A DNA stretch of 13,225 nt from Promethearchaeota archaeon (GCA_019057865.1 JAHLWP010000064.1:1-13225), one strand, 5' to 3'. Positions 1 to 9,486 are shown, numbered from the stretch's first letter. Made by a program: numbers and translations. The notes: generated from the letters alone by a model not told the origin.

Positions 1-2
1 TT

Positions 3-1187
3 TCAGTTCAAGTATTTATAATGGGATTAGTATCATTTTTCACAGATGTTTCAAGCGAAATGATACAAAGTATACTACCTCTATTTATTTTTTCAATAGG
101 CGGGACAGCTACGATTCTTGGTTTAATCTCAGGTGTTACGAAAGCAATTTCTAATATCTTAAAAGGATTTACAGGTTGGTTAAGTGATAAGATAAATAAG
201 AGGAAACCCTTTGTAGTTGCTGGTTATTCAATATCAAATCTATCTAAACCCTTTATTGGTCTTAGTCCATCTTGGGAATTTGTATTAGGATTAAAGACAA
301 CAGATCGTATTGGAAAAGGTCTTAGAACTTCTTCAAGAGATACTTTGATATCTTACTATGCAGTTGAGAGAGGTAAAGCATTTGGATTACATAGAGCAAT
401 GGATACATTAGGTGCTGTAGTAGGTTCACTTTTAGCGTTTATATTCTTATTTTTAGCATGGACATATTCACAGATTATTTTTTTCTCAATTTTTCCAGGC
501 ATTTTAGCGATTGCTTTAATATTAATGGTAAAAGATGTTGATCCAAATGATATAGATAAAAAGTTAGGATTTCAGGAAGAATTGAAACCTAAAATGGAAA
601 AAATTGATAGAAATTTTATCAAATTAATCATTATTCTTGGAGTTATTGAATTTGCTAGCTTAGATATTGCTTTTCTAATTATTAGAGCTGCAGATTATGT
701 TCCTTATAAATTTCTAATACCTCTTTTATATTTAATTAGCAATATTATTTATGCAATATTTTCTCCCATAACAGGATCGTTATCTGATAAGATTGGAAGA
801 AAGCCAATTATTCTAATAGGTTTATCATTATTATTAGTTACCTGTATTTTTCTAGCTTTTCCTATTAGAATTTCAGTTTATTCAATACTTTTAATAATTG
901 TTATATTTATTGTTTATGGATATTACTTAGCCTCTGTAGATCCCATTTCAAGAGCATACATCGCAGATCTGGCTGGAAAAAAAAAGCGTGGGCGAGCTTA
1001 TGGATATTACTATCTTTCGGTTGGATTGATTTCTTTAGGAGAATCCATAATTTTTGGATTAATTTATGATCTATTTTCCTATACCTGGGCGTTTTTATAC
1101 ATTTCAATTCTATTACTTCTATGTATAATAATATTTACTATTACTGATTTCTCTAAAATTATCAGAAAGGAAGAAAAAAAAGATTAA
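3..1187 (+). CDS. MFS transporter (12-TM); the 5' end may lie just outside the window
   Basis: Two hydrophobic halves, each with MFS motif A (GWLSDKINKRK; GSLSDKIGRK), plus DRIGKG and GKAFGLHRAMD segments. The frame is open upstream of ATG 21 to the window edge (SVQVFI-M), so the true start is uncertain. Confidence 0.88.
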   Translation, partial: SVQVFIMGLVSFFTDVSSEMIQSILPLFIFSIGGTATILGLISGVTKAISNILKGFTGWLSDKINKRKPFVVAGYSISNLSKPFIGLSPSWEFVLGLKTTDRIGKGLRTSSRDTLISYYAVERGKAFGLHRAMDTLGAVVGSLLAFIFLFLAWTYSQIIFFSIFPGILAIALILMVKDVDPNDIDKKLGFQEELKPKMEKIDRNFIKLIIILGVIEFASLDIAFLIIRAADYVPYKFLIPLLYLISNIIYAIFSPITGSLSDKIGRKPIILIGLSLLLVTCIFLAFPIRISVYSILLIIVIFIVYGYYLASVDPISRAYIADLAGKKKRGRAYGYYYLSVGLISLGESIIFGLIYDLFSYTWAFLYISILLLLCIIIFTITDFSKIIRKEEKKD

Positions 1188-1190
1188 TTT

Positions 1191-2453
1191 TTATTTTTCT
1201 TGGATCCATAATTCAGCCAAATATATCAAAACTTCAGCTGCTTTTTGTAAAGCCAAAGTTGGAATATATTCTTTCCTCGAGTGAGCTAATTGCCCTCCAG
1301 TAAAGATATTTGGTGTTAAAATTCCTTTAGCACTCAATTGAGCCCCATCTGTACCCCCTCTTATTGGATGTATCTTCGCCTCTACACCTGTTTTTTCAAT
1401 TGCCTGTTTAGCTAAATCAACAATCTTTTGCTTTTTCTCGATAAATTTAAGCATGTTTTGGTACTGGTGTAGAAAATTTAATTCAATTTTTAGTCCAGGA
1501 TATCGAATTTCATATGCATTCTTTAAATTTACAAGATAGTCCTTTCTTCTCTGGTTATTGTCTACTTCAAAATCTCTAATAATCATTCTTGCCGTAGCTT
1601 CCTCAGTCTTCCCTTGTAGCTGAGTTAAATGAAAATAACCTTCTCTTTCTTCAGTATGTTCAGGCGATTCTGATTCGGGAATTTCACTGAAAAATCTAGT
1701 AGCAATTTGTATTGCGTTTATCATCAGATTTTTAGCATATCCAGGATGAACGCTTAAACCTTTAAATTTAAATGAAGCCCTCCATGCATCGAAGCATTCG
1801 AATTCTAATTCTCCCAATTCACCTCCATCTACAGTATAACATCTTTTAGGTAGCTTCTTTTCATTGACTTTTTTAATACCAATGCCTATTTCTTCGTCAG
1901 GAGAAAAACATATTATTATTGGCCCATGTTTTAATTCTGGAAATTTTTGCCATGCGGCACATGCGGCCATAATTTCAGCAATACCTGCCTTGTCATCAGC
2001 CCCTAATAGTGTATCTCCCTCAGATGTAATAATATCAAGACCTATATATTCTTCTAAATTAGGAGAATCGGAAGGTGTTAATTTGAATTCTTTATCTTGT
2101 ATAAATGTAATTTCTTTTCCATCATAGTCCCTATGAATTACAGGTTTTACGTCTTTTCCACTTGCAGCTGGTGAAGTATCCAAATGGGCTAATAAACCTA
2201 TAGTTTTTACTTTTTCGAATCCTCTACTCGGTGGTAAATATGCATAAACAAAACCAAATTCATCTTGAATAATATCTTCAAGTTTTAATTGTTGTAATTC
2301 ATCAACCAACACTTTTCCTAGATCTAATTGGATTTTTGTAGATGGAACAGATTCTACATTCTCATCTGAAGTAGTCCAAACTTTTATATATCTTAAAAAT
2401 CGTTCTACTGCATCATTTAATAAAAATTTTTGAATTTCTTTTGATATTGCCAT
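1191..2453 (-). CDS. pepT: Peptidase T (tripeptide aminopeptidase, M20B)
   Basis: N-terminal ERFLRYIKVWTTS; metal/catalytic motifs HLDTS, GADDKAG, DEEIG, YTVDGG; VHPGYAKN; IRGGTDG; C-terminal HSRKE. ATG at 2453 preferred over the 2462 start in the ORF track. Confidence 0.93.
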   Translation of the reverse strand: MAISKEIQKFLLNDAVERFLRYIKVWTTSDENVESVPSTKIQLDLGKVLVDELQQLKLEDIIQDEFGFVYAYLPPSRGFEKVKTIGLLAHLDTSPAASGKDVKPVIHRDYDGKEITFIQDKEFKLTPSDSPNLEEYIGLDIITSEGDTLLGADDKAGIAEIMAACAAWQKFPELKHGPIIICFSPDEEIGIGIKKVNEKKLPKRCYTVDGGELGELEFECFDAWRASFKFKGLSVHPGYAKNLMINAIQIATRFFSEIPESESPEHTEEREGYFHLTQLQGKTEEATARMIIRDFEVDNNQRRKDYLVNLKNAYEIRYPGLKIELNFLHQYQNMLKFIEKKQKIVDLAKQAIEKTGVEAKIHPIRGGTDGAQLSAKGILTPNIFTGGQLAHSRKEYIPTLALQKAAEVLIYLAELWIQEK

Positions 2454-2496
2454 CTCAATCAATTTTTTATTCTATATTTTTATTATTATGAAATTT

Positions 2497-3303
2497 CTAT
2501 CTTCCTTTAAATTTGGGATCGCGTTTTTGTGAAAATGATTTCATTCCTTCTCCAAAATCATAGGTCCTAATATTCTTACAATACAATCTAAATTCGTTTT
2601 GTAACGAGGGCATTAATTCATTATACTGAGAGTAATTTAACATTGTTTTATCATAACCTATACATATCGTTGGAAGTTCTGCTATTTTTTGTGTATACTC
2701 TTTAGATTTCTCTTTGAATTCTGAAAAAGGATATACTTTATTAACGAGCCCAATTTCTAATGCTTCCTTTGCATCAAGAACTTTACCACTCAATATTATG
2801 TCTGTTGCTCGTGCTAAACCTACAATTCTTGGAAGAAACCAGCTTGTTCCGCTTAATACGCATTGAGCTCTTGTACTTCGATAATCGCCAATTTTCAAAT
2901 TATCTGCAGCTAATCGAAAATCACAGGCAAGTGCTAAATCAAATCCCGCCCCTAAACAATACCCATGTAGCAACGCTATTACTGGTTTTTGAATTTCCCG
3001 AATTAGTCGGATTACTTTGTGATGAGGTATTCGAGATCCATCTTTTAGTGGTTCAAATCTAGGACCTTCTGGCCCCAAATTTACCATATCATCACCAGAA
3101 CAGAAGCTATCACCTTTTCCTTCAATAATGAGGGCACGTATTGCCCTTTTCTTCATAATTGACTCCAAGACTTCTATAATTTCCATTAATAGCGGATATT
3201 GCAATGCATTTAACTTATCTGGTCGATTTAAAGTAATTGTTCCAATTCCATTTTCAAAATTATATTTTATATACTTAAAATTAGTACTTAAGATAAGAAT
3301 CAT
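2497..3303 (-). CDS. Enoyl-CoA hydratase/isomerase (crotonase superfamily), divergent active site
   Basis: ITLNRPDKLNAL, FCSGDD, KPVIALLHGYCLGAGFDLALACDFR, LPRIVGLARA, AKEALEIGLVN, C-terminal EGMKSFSQKRDPKFKGR. Confidence 0.9.
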   Translation of the reverse strand: MILILSTNFKYIKYNFENGIGTITLNRPDKLNALQYPLLMEIIEVLESIMKKRAIRALIIEGKGDSFCSGDDMVNLGPEGPRFEPLKDGSRIPHHKVIRLIREIQKPVIALLHGYCLGAGFDLALACDFRLAADNLKIGDYRSTRAQCVLSGTSWFLPRIVGLARATDIILSGKVLDAKEALEIGLVNKVYPFSEFKEKSKEYTQKIAELPTICIGYDKTMLNYSQYNELMPSLQNEFRLYCKNIRTYDFGEGMKSFSQKRDPKFKGR

Positions 3304-3410
3304 CTCTGCAATAAATTATTGATTATAAGTATATATAGAAGTTGAGAAAAATATTATTTACTTTTAAATTAAATAAAATTATCTCATAAAAAATATAAAG
3401 AGAGTATATC

Positions 3411-4551
3411 ATGAATTCAATCGAGGAGGAAAGATCAGAAAAAACATTGCCAGCCTATGAGCGACGTTATGATATAGACTGGTTGAGAATATTTGCTGTT
3501 TTTATGGTTTTTATTTTTCATTGTGCAAGGTTCTTTGACATAAACGATTGGCATGTTAAAGATAGCGATACGAGTGTAGGGATAACTGTTTTTATTAATT
3601 TCTTGGGAGGAGTTGGAATGCCTCTTTTTTTTGTAATTTCTGGTATGGCTACCTTTTATTTTTTAGGTTTTGTGAATGCTGGGCTTTATACTAAAGCGAG
3701 ATTTGTACGTTTAATGGTCCCTTTTATATTTGGGCTATTTACCCATATCTCAATACAAGTATACCTTGATCGTGTAAATCATGGAGAATTTTCAGGATCA
3801 TTTTTCGAATTTTACCCACAATTATTTAATGGATTATATGGCTATGGAGGCAATTTTCCTTGGTCCGGATTTCACCTATGGTTTCTAATTTTACTTTTCG
3901 TGTTCTCACTAATAACTGTAAAACCATTTGTTTATCTTAGAAAGGAAGAAAATCTCGAGAATAGCAGATTTTTTTAAGAAACCAGGAACTCTTTATCTGT
4001 TAATTTTTCCTGTTATTATTATTGAGCTATTTGACCCACTCTCAATTCTTGGTAAGTTTGGAGGATATAATTTATTTTCTTTATTAGTCTTCTATATTAT
4101 TGGCTACTTTTTAGCGTCTAATAAGCAATTTAAAGAATCTATAGAAAAAAATAATTTACTTATGCTTATAATAGGTATAATATCAACAATATTACTATTA
4201 TTTGTAGCTCTCTTCTTAAACAACGATATTCTATTTTACCTTCTTGGAATAACATATGTATGGAGCTGGATAATTGCAATAATTGGCTTGGGAAGTAAAT
4301 TTCTTAATCGTGATCATAAATCGAGAAGATTTTTGAACGCAGTTGTAATGCCTTTTTATGTACTTCATCAAACTATTATAGTAATTATTGGATTCTTTAT
4401 TGTCCAGTTGGATTTGATCATCATCATAAAATACCTTATTATTAGTGTTGTATCTTTTGCGATTATTGTCGGATTGGTTTTAATTATTAAAAAGATAAAT
4501 ATCCTTCGATTCCTTTTTGGAATGAGTTTAAAAAAGAAAAAAGTAGAATAA
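3411..4551 (+). pseudogene. Acyltransferase family 3 (OpgC/MdoC-like membrane acyltransferase), frameshifted near 3945-3977
   Basis: ORF 3411-3977 carries RRYDIDWLR...FHCARFF, MPLFFVISG, RFVRLMVP and HLWFL. The overlapping ORF 3928-4551 in the +1 frame carries the C-terminal half (FYIIGY, MPFYVLHQ, ILRFLFG). Together they give one ~380-aa protein. The break may be real or an assembly error. Confidence 0.85.
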
Positions 4552-4571
4552 AAAATGTTTAAAAAATATTT

Positions 4572-5252
4572 TTACCAAATTTCAAATTTTTCATCAATTT
4601 TAGTAGTAAACACAAGCAAGTAAGGAACTAAAAGATCTAATACACTTCCCCATGCGTTAATTAAAATAGCTCCAATAATAAGGGCCTCCCATCCTGAAAC
4701 ATCGGGTAAACCTATAAATTTCAAGTTTGTATAATCAAGCCATTTTGCCCAAATTGTTAAAAATATAATTATATTCAATTCAACCATAACAAGAATTCTA
4801 AGAATTGTGCCTAAAGAACCATAGATAATATAATTTTTGGGTTTCTTGAGTTTTTGACTTTTAAGTATCCCGTCTTCTCTCTTATATAATTTTAAAAATA
4901 ATACAGCGACAACCATTAATGAAAAAGTCGCAGAAAATTTCATTAAAGGGCCAACCCACACTGTGGAATCAAAGGGCATCAATCCAAAAGTGCCTATAGC
5001 AAAACAAAACAATCCTGCTCTTACACCAAATATTAGCAAGCAGGTAATCCATATAATGGATATTGGATCAACAATCGCAATTTGCCAACCAGGAATCCTT
5101 GGTAAAATAGGTGTAATATAAACAGATATTACTATTGAAAGCGCACTAAAAATTCCCGCCCCAGCAATTTCTAATGTATGCAATGTTTTGCCTGACATTT
5201 TAACTTCTTTTTCTTCAGGAATTTCAAGATCAGATATTTTGGTTTCAGACAT
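4572..5252 (-). CDS. Membrane protein, probable ECF transporter substrate-specific (S) component
   Basis: About 6 TM helices. The N-terminal IAGAGIFSALSIVIS (AxxxA-type motif) is followed by P-rich loop, DP and LLIFGVRAG segments, a layout typical of S components. The substrate cannot be determined. Confidence 0.6.
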   Translation of the reverse strand: MSETKISDLEIPEEKEVKMSGKTLHTLEIAGAGIFSALSIVISVYITPILPRIPGWQIAIVDPISIIWITCLLIFGVRAGLFCFAIGTFGLMPFDSTVWVGPLMKFSATFSLMVVAVLFLKLYKREDGILKSQKLKKPKNYIIYGSLGTILRILVMVELNIIIFLTIWAKWLDYTNLKFIGLPDVSGWEALIIGAILINAWGSVLDLLVPYLLVFTTKIDEKFEIW

Positions 5253-5303
5253 TTTTAACCTTTAACTTATAATTTTAATATTTAAAATTGTAATTTTAAG
5301 AAG

Positions 5304-5335
5304 CACAGATTAAAAAAAATCACAGATTATATAAA
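5304..5335 (-). promoter_or_regulatory. Putative promoter (TATA box) with tandem direct-repeat operator upstream of the S-component gene
   Basis: CACAGATTA occurs at 5304-5312 and 5321-5329 (17-bp period). It abuts a minus-strand TTTATATA (5328-5335) that is preceded by a purine-rich BRE-like AAAAACGA. Confidence 0.35.
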
Positions 5336-5580
5336 TCGTTTTTGGTAGAAAAATTAAATTAAAAATTGGAGGTATAACGGTTTAGAATATTAAATAGTTA
5401 TATTAAAAGTTAATAACTAATTATCTTTTAAATGCTTTCTTGAAACTGAATAAAAGAATTAAACTTTTTAACTTAAAATTTCAGATTTTAAAAGAATTTT
5501 TAATGAAAAATCTACTCAATTTTGGAGATATAGTGCAAAAAATATTGGTGGTAAAAATTTTTTCAAAAAATGATAAAATT

Positions 5581-6927
5581 CTATTTTAATAACTTCTTCT
5601 CTTTAGCATCTAACTCCAGCCAATCACTAATAATCTTAAGTTGCTTTCTTGATGAAGTACTCAAGATTTTTAAGAATGGAAGTAAATCTTGTAAGAATTC
5701 AATAGGAGAAATTTCATATATTCTTTGAATTTTTTTAATAAATTCTTTCTCTGCAGTTGTAAGTGAAAAATAACTACCGGTACTATAACGCGGAAAAACA
5801 ACTCTTCGAAATCCTTTAATAGGTGGCGTTTCCTTTCTGGATAAAGCAACTCCTCCAGCAAATAAGTCATAAAAATAAGGCAATAACCCCCAATATTGAG
5901 TTTTGCGAATTCTACCGAAAATTTCATCTGCGAGGGAGAGATTTTCATAAGCATTAGCAATATCTCTATTTGCTTTGAGGAAAGTTGGAAGGTTTTCATT
6001 TATCCATTTATATAAAAAATTGTAATCAACATCTGATTTATTTGTTAAGTTTCTGGCTTCTGTTAGGGTAGTAACTTGAAATAAATCCCTTATTAAACTA
6101 AAAATCTCTTCGATACTATCACGATGTAAGCTAAGGATCAATTCTTTGTTATCCTTTTCCATTACACCTTGACTAATTCCTTGAAGATCATTAATTACTC
6201 CTCTTAAATCTCCATTATTTTTATCAATAATTAATTCCAAATCCTCATTGTTAAGATTAGATATTTTCTCTTTTTCGAGTATCTTTTGAGTGATTTTAAG
6301 CATTTCATTTTCGGGTAATGGATGCACTTCAATTCTTTGAATTTTATTATATATAGGTTGTAAGCTTGTTTTATATTCATTTGAACACATAATTATTGGA
6401 AATTGAGTATTTTCAATTAATTCTAGAATTGTAGGAACTGCTCCTCTATCCTGTACGCCATAAATACCATCAATTTCATCAATAAGAATCAATTTATCTT
6501 TTGATTGTGTGATAAAATCCATAATTCCTCGTGTTTTCGTTGTTTCTTTCAATCTCCTTTCTATAGTCTTTCTTGTTCTGGTATCAGATGCATTTGTTTC
6601 AATAACTTCCATGTTTAAATCATTGGCAAGTGCATAAACAATTGAGGTTTTCCCTATTCCAGGAGGACCTTCTAATAATATAGCTGCCTTCTCTGGAGAT
6701 ATTTTTAGTTCTTCTTTTTGATCTTTTTCAATAGCAGTTCTATTATAAGCTCTAATTTTTCTATTTTCTTCATTTATCTCTTTTATTTCAGTATAGAAGT
6801 TTTTAATAAAATTGGTTAATTCCTCATCCAATTTTATTCTATGTCCGCTAACTTTTGCAGAAGATAAAGCCATTTCTTTAAGACTTTGTGGTCTGTACTT
6901 TTCTACCCAAGGAATTTTATTAGACAT
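5581..6927 (-). CDS. rfcL: Replication factor C large subunit
   Basis: PWVEKYRP, Walker A GPPGIGKTS, IETNASD, Walker B LIDEIDG, GDLRGVINDLQ, large-subunit motifs WINEN and LSLADEIFGRI...YWGL, and no SRC finger. ATG 6927 lies downstream of an SD-like AGGTGA, which contains the ORF-track GTG start at 6936. Confidence 0.93.
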   Translation of the reverse strand: MSNKIPWVEKYRPQSLKEMALSSAKVSGHRIKLDEELTNFIKNFYTEIKEINEENRKIRAYNRTAIEKDQKEELKISPEKAAILLEGPPGIGKTSIVYALANDLNMEVIETNASDTRTRKTIERRLKETTKTRGIMDFITQSKDKLILIDEIDGIYGVQDRGAVPTILELIENTQFPIIMCSNEYKTSLQPIYNKIQRIEVHPLPENEMLKITQKILEKEKISNLNNEDLELIIDKNNGDLRGVINDLQGISQGVMEKDNKELILSLHRDSIEEIFSLIRDLFQVTTLTEARNLTNKSDVDYNFLYKWINENLPTFLKANRDIANAYENLSLADEIFGRIRKTQYWGLLPYFYDLFAGGVALSRKETPPIKGFRRVVFPRYSTGSYFSLTTAEKEFIKKIQRIYEISPIEFLQDLLPFLKILSTSSRKQLKIISDWLELDAKEKKLLK

Positions 6928-6936
6928 TTTAATCAC

Positions 6937-7983
6937 CTACAAATATTCTGAGAATAAACATATTTTAGACAATAATGCAGAGATTTGAATATCAATGTCT
7001 CTTCCGTCAATTGCTCTAAAATCAGAGTCTGCTATTAAATTGATCAATTTATTACGAGCAAATTTATTTAAAGGTATTTTATTTAGTTCCTTAAGGAGAA
7101 GGGTAAATACTTCATGTGAATTATATTTATAATTAGATATAATTTTTCGAGCCAATTCTCTCGATTTTGGAAAATCTCCTTGAAGGGTCATTAACAATAG
7201 GTTTTTTATAAGATCATTTTGAAATTTTTGTGAATTTTCATATAATTTTTGCATATCAATAGTTTTTCCTGTAATACTACACAGCTGCAATAGATCGATT
7301 GCTTTTGAAATTTTACCCTCAGAAACGTTGTAGAGAGCTTCAATAACAGTATCATCAATAACTAAAGATTCATTTTTAGCAATCTCTATTATCAAATCTT
7401 TAAATTTATGATATTTTAAGCGAGATATTAATATTATCTGACATCTACTTATGATAGGATCAATAATATTTGAAATTTTCGTCGTGATTAAAATCATTCT
7501 ACAATTTGAACCATAAATCTCCATTAATCTCCTAAATCCTTGCTGATTTGACCCTAAAGACTCAAAATTCTTTACAACTAAAATCTTGAATGGGGCATCT
7601 CCAATTACCTTTAATTGTACAAAAGGTTTTACTTTAACTTGAATAAATGCTGGAGTTGTTATTCTTTTACCTGCAATACTTCCGATTTTACTTGTTGAAA
7701 TATACGCTTCCGATTTGGCTTGTTTTCTTTCATCATCACTTAATGGAACATTGGCATAAATTAATTTAAAATTTGCATTAAAACTATTGCCCAAAAACTC
7801 TTTCGCAAATAATTGAGCAAGCGTAGTTTTTCCAATACCTTCAGAACCTATAAATAATAAATGTGGGAAATTTTTTAGTTTGATTATTTGCGTTAATGTT
7901 TCTTTTATGCTATCTCTTCCACAGAATTCATTTAAATTTGTCGGATAGTATTTGATTCTCCAAATTGGAATTTCTCTATTCAA
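6937..7983 (-). CDS. Divergent second replication factor C small subunit (degenerate Walker B)
   Basis: IWRIKYYP (variant of PWVEKYRP), PHLLFIGSEGIGKTT, Walker B position ILVVKNFESL, QQGFRRLME, IIDPIISRC and an RFC-type C-terminal collar (DIDIQISALL). TTG start. Confidence 0.88.
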   Translation of the reverse strand: MNREIPIWRIKYYPTNLNEFCGRDSIKETLTQIIKLKNFPHLLFIGSEGIGKTTLAQLFAKEFLGNSFNANFKLIYANVPLSDDERKQAKSEAYISTSKIGSIAGKRITTPAFIQVKVKPFVQLKVIGDAPFKILVVKNFESLGSNQQGFRRLMEIYGSNCRMILITTKISNIIDPIISRCQIILISRLKYHKFKDLIIEIAKNESLVIDDTVIEALYNVSEGKISKAIDLLQLCSITGKTIDMQKLYENSQKFQNDLIKNLLLMTLQGDFPKSRELARKIISNYKYNSHEVFTLLLKELNKIPLNKFARNKLINLIADSDFRAIDGRDIDIQISALLSKICLFSEYL

Positions 7984-8036
7984 TATCTTTTCGCTTTATG
8001 ATTTTCTTTCGTTTTTTTATACCAAATCTAAAAATT

Positions 8037-9011
8037 TTATTTATTAACTAATTCTATAATTTTTGCTAGGAGTGCTGCAATTTGTATATGTTCATCTGCA
8101 CCTTGACTTATACGATAATCTATATCTCCAAAAAACGATCTTAAAATAGATATATTTTGAGGATTTATATCGAGTGGAATTAGAGAGTTTAATAATTGTC
8201 TTATAAAATTTCTACTATCAAGATTTTCAACTAAGTCAATTATTTCCCTTGATTTCTTATAATCTTTGTTTTTAATAGCTTCAATTAGAAGCTCCAGAGT
8301 TTTTTCGTCTAAAAATCCAGAAATTTTTAGAATTTCATTAATATCTAAATCATCTAATAATTCAAGCGCCACTGACATTTGAAGTGTATTTATTGCTTTC
8401 CTTAAATCACCACCTGAAATAAAATATAACTTTTCAAAAAATTCTTGTGATTTATCAGAAGGTAATGGAAGCTTTTCTTTCTTTGAGATGTACTTTAATC
8501 TCTCTATGATCTTCTCCTCAGGTAAATTAACAAATCTAAATACGGCACATCGAGATATTATAGGATCTATAATTCTATTTATATAATTACATAATAATAT
8601 GAATTTAACATTGTTAGATGTTCTTTCTATAATCCTTCTAAGAGCTTGTTGAGTTTGGGCAGGTATGTTATCTGCTTCATCCAAAATCACAAATTTTAAA
8701 GACCCATTCTTAAAAATATTTTGATTTACAAAACCCTTAAGAACATTTCGTACAAAATCCATTCTTACGGTGTCAGAGGCATTCAATTCTAAAAGATTTG
8801 TTGCAATTTCCTCCTTTTTAAGGAATGTTCTCGTTAAAATTAATGCTGTACTTGTTTTTCCAGTTCCAGCAGGACCAGCAAAGATCATATGAGGCATATC
8901 AGTGGTTTTAACAAACTCCTTAATGTTATTAATAGCAATATTCTGACTTACTATTTCATCAAACTTCTGTGGCCTATACTTTTCAACCCAAGGGATATTT
9001 GCTTGATTCAT
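8037..9011 (-). CDS. rfcS: Replication factor C small subunit (canonical)
   Basis: PWVEKYRP, PHMIFAGPAGTGKTS, LELNASD, VILDEAD, QQALRRIIE, IIDPIISRC, GDLRKAINTLQ. No intein. Confidence 0.95.
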   Translation of the reverse strand: MNQANIPWVEKYRPQKFDEIVSQNIAINNIKEFVKTTDMPHMIFAGPAGTGKTSTALILTRTFLKKEEIATNLLELNASDTVRMDFVRNVLKGFVNQNIFKNGSLKFVILDEADNIPAQTQQALRRIIERTSNNVKFILLCNYINRIIDPIISRCAVFRFVNLPEEKIIERLKYISKKEKLPLPSDKSQEFFEKLYFISGGDLRKAINTLQMSVALELLDDLDINEILKISGFLDEKTLELLIEAIKNKDYKKSREIIDLVENLDSRNFIRQLLNSLIPLDINPQNISILRSFFGDIDYRISQGADEHIQIAALLAKIIELVNK

Positions 9012-9018
9012 AAGAATC

Positions 9019-9486
9019 TTATTTAGCTAAATCTAATTCTAAAACCTCGAATACTTTCTTAAAATTCATACTCTTATATAAATCTGAAGCTTTCTTTGCC
9101 TCCTCTCTGAGATTAACTTTTACTTTCTCGACTTTTATTTTTTTAAGGTGTTCAAGGGCTTTTTTGAGTAATATTCGACCATATCCCTTCCCACGAAAAT
9201 TTTTCTTTAAAAAAAATTGTTTGATGTACCCTTCTGAAGTTCCGAAAGGATCTATTCGAAGTTCTGCGATGATCATACCAAAAACTCTATTCTCTTCCTC
9301 ATCTAAAGCTGTTAAAATTCCATGTCTTTGCAATGGATCATATAATCGTCTTCGAATTCCCCAATCGAAACGTTTTGGATCAAATTTTTGTCCTAATTCC
9401 TCAACTAAATGTTTTGTTAGATCTCGCAAATCCTCGATCTGTTCAGGAGAAGCAATCTCAACTTTAATATCTGCCATATCACTCAT
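9019..9486 (-). CDS. GNAT-family N-acetyltransferase
   Basis: 155 aa; acetyl-CoA binding motif A (YIKQFFLKKNFRGKGYGRILL) and motif B-like ASDLYKSMNF. It ends 7 nt before the rfcS start. Confidence 0.85.
   Translation of the reverse strand: MSDMADIKVEIASPEQIEDLRDLTKHLVEELGQKFDPKRFDWGIRRRLYDPLQRHGILTALDEEENRVFGMIIAELRIDPFGTSEGYIKQFFLKKNFRGKGYGRILLKKALEHLKKIKVEKVKVNLREEAKKASDLYKSMNFKKVFEVLELDLAK

Noticed and set aside
907-3322. Short ORFs 907-1107(-), 1864-2127(+), 2760-3062(+), 3128-3322(+)
   Set aside because: Antisense shadows of well-supported genes, with no motifs.
3935-3980. Hairpin AAAATCT/AGATTTT at the acyltransferase frameshift as a second BHB intron
   Set aside because: No good 4-bp central helix or exon helix. 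The best-fit excision (29 nt) does not restore the frame and would delete protein-like sequence.
5340-5580. Riboswitch, ncRNA or replication origin in the AT-rich intergenic region (also 9490-9715)
   Set aside because: No stable GC-containing stems, no repeated ORB-like boxes and no cdc6/orc1 gene nearby.
5670-5999. 109-aa alternative-frame ORF inside rfcL
   Set aside because: Fully nested in a conserved gene, with no recognisable features.
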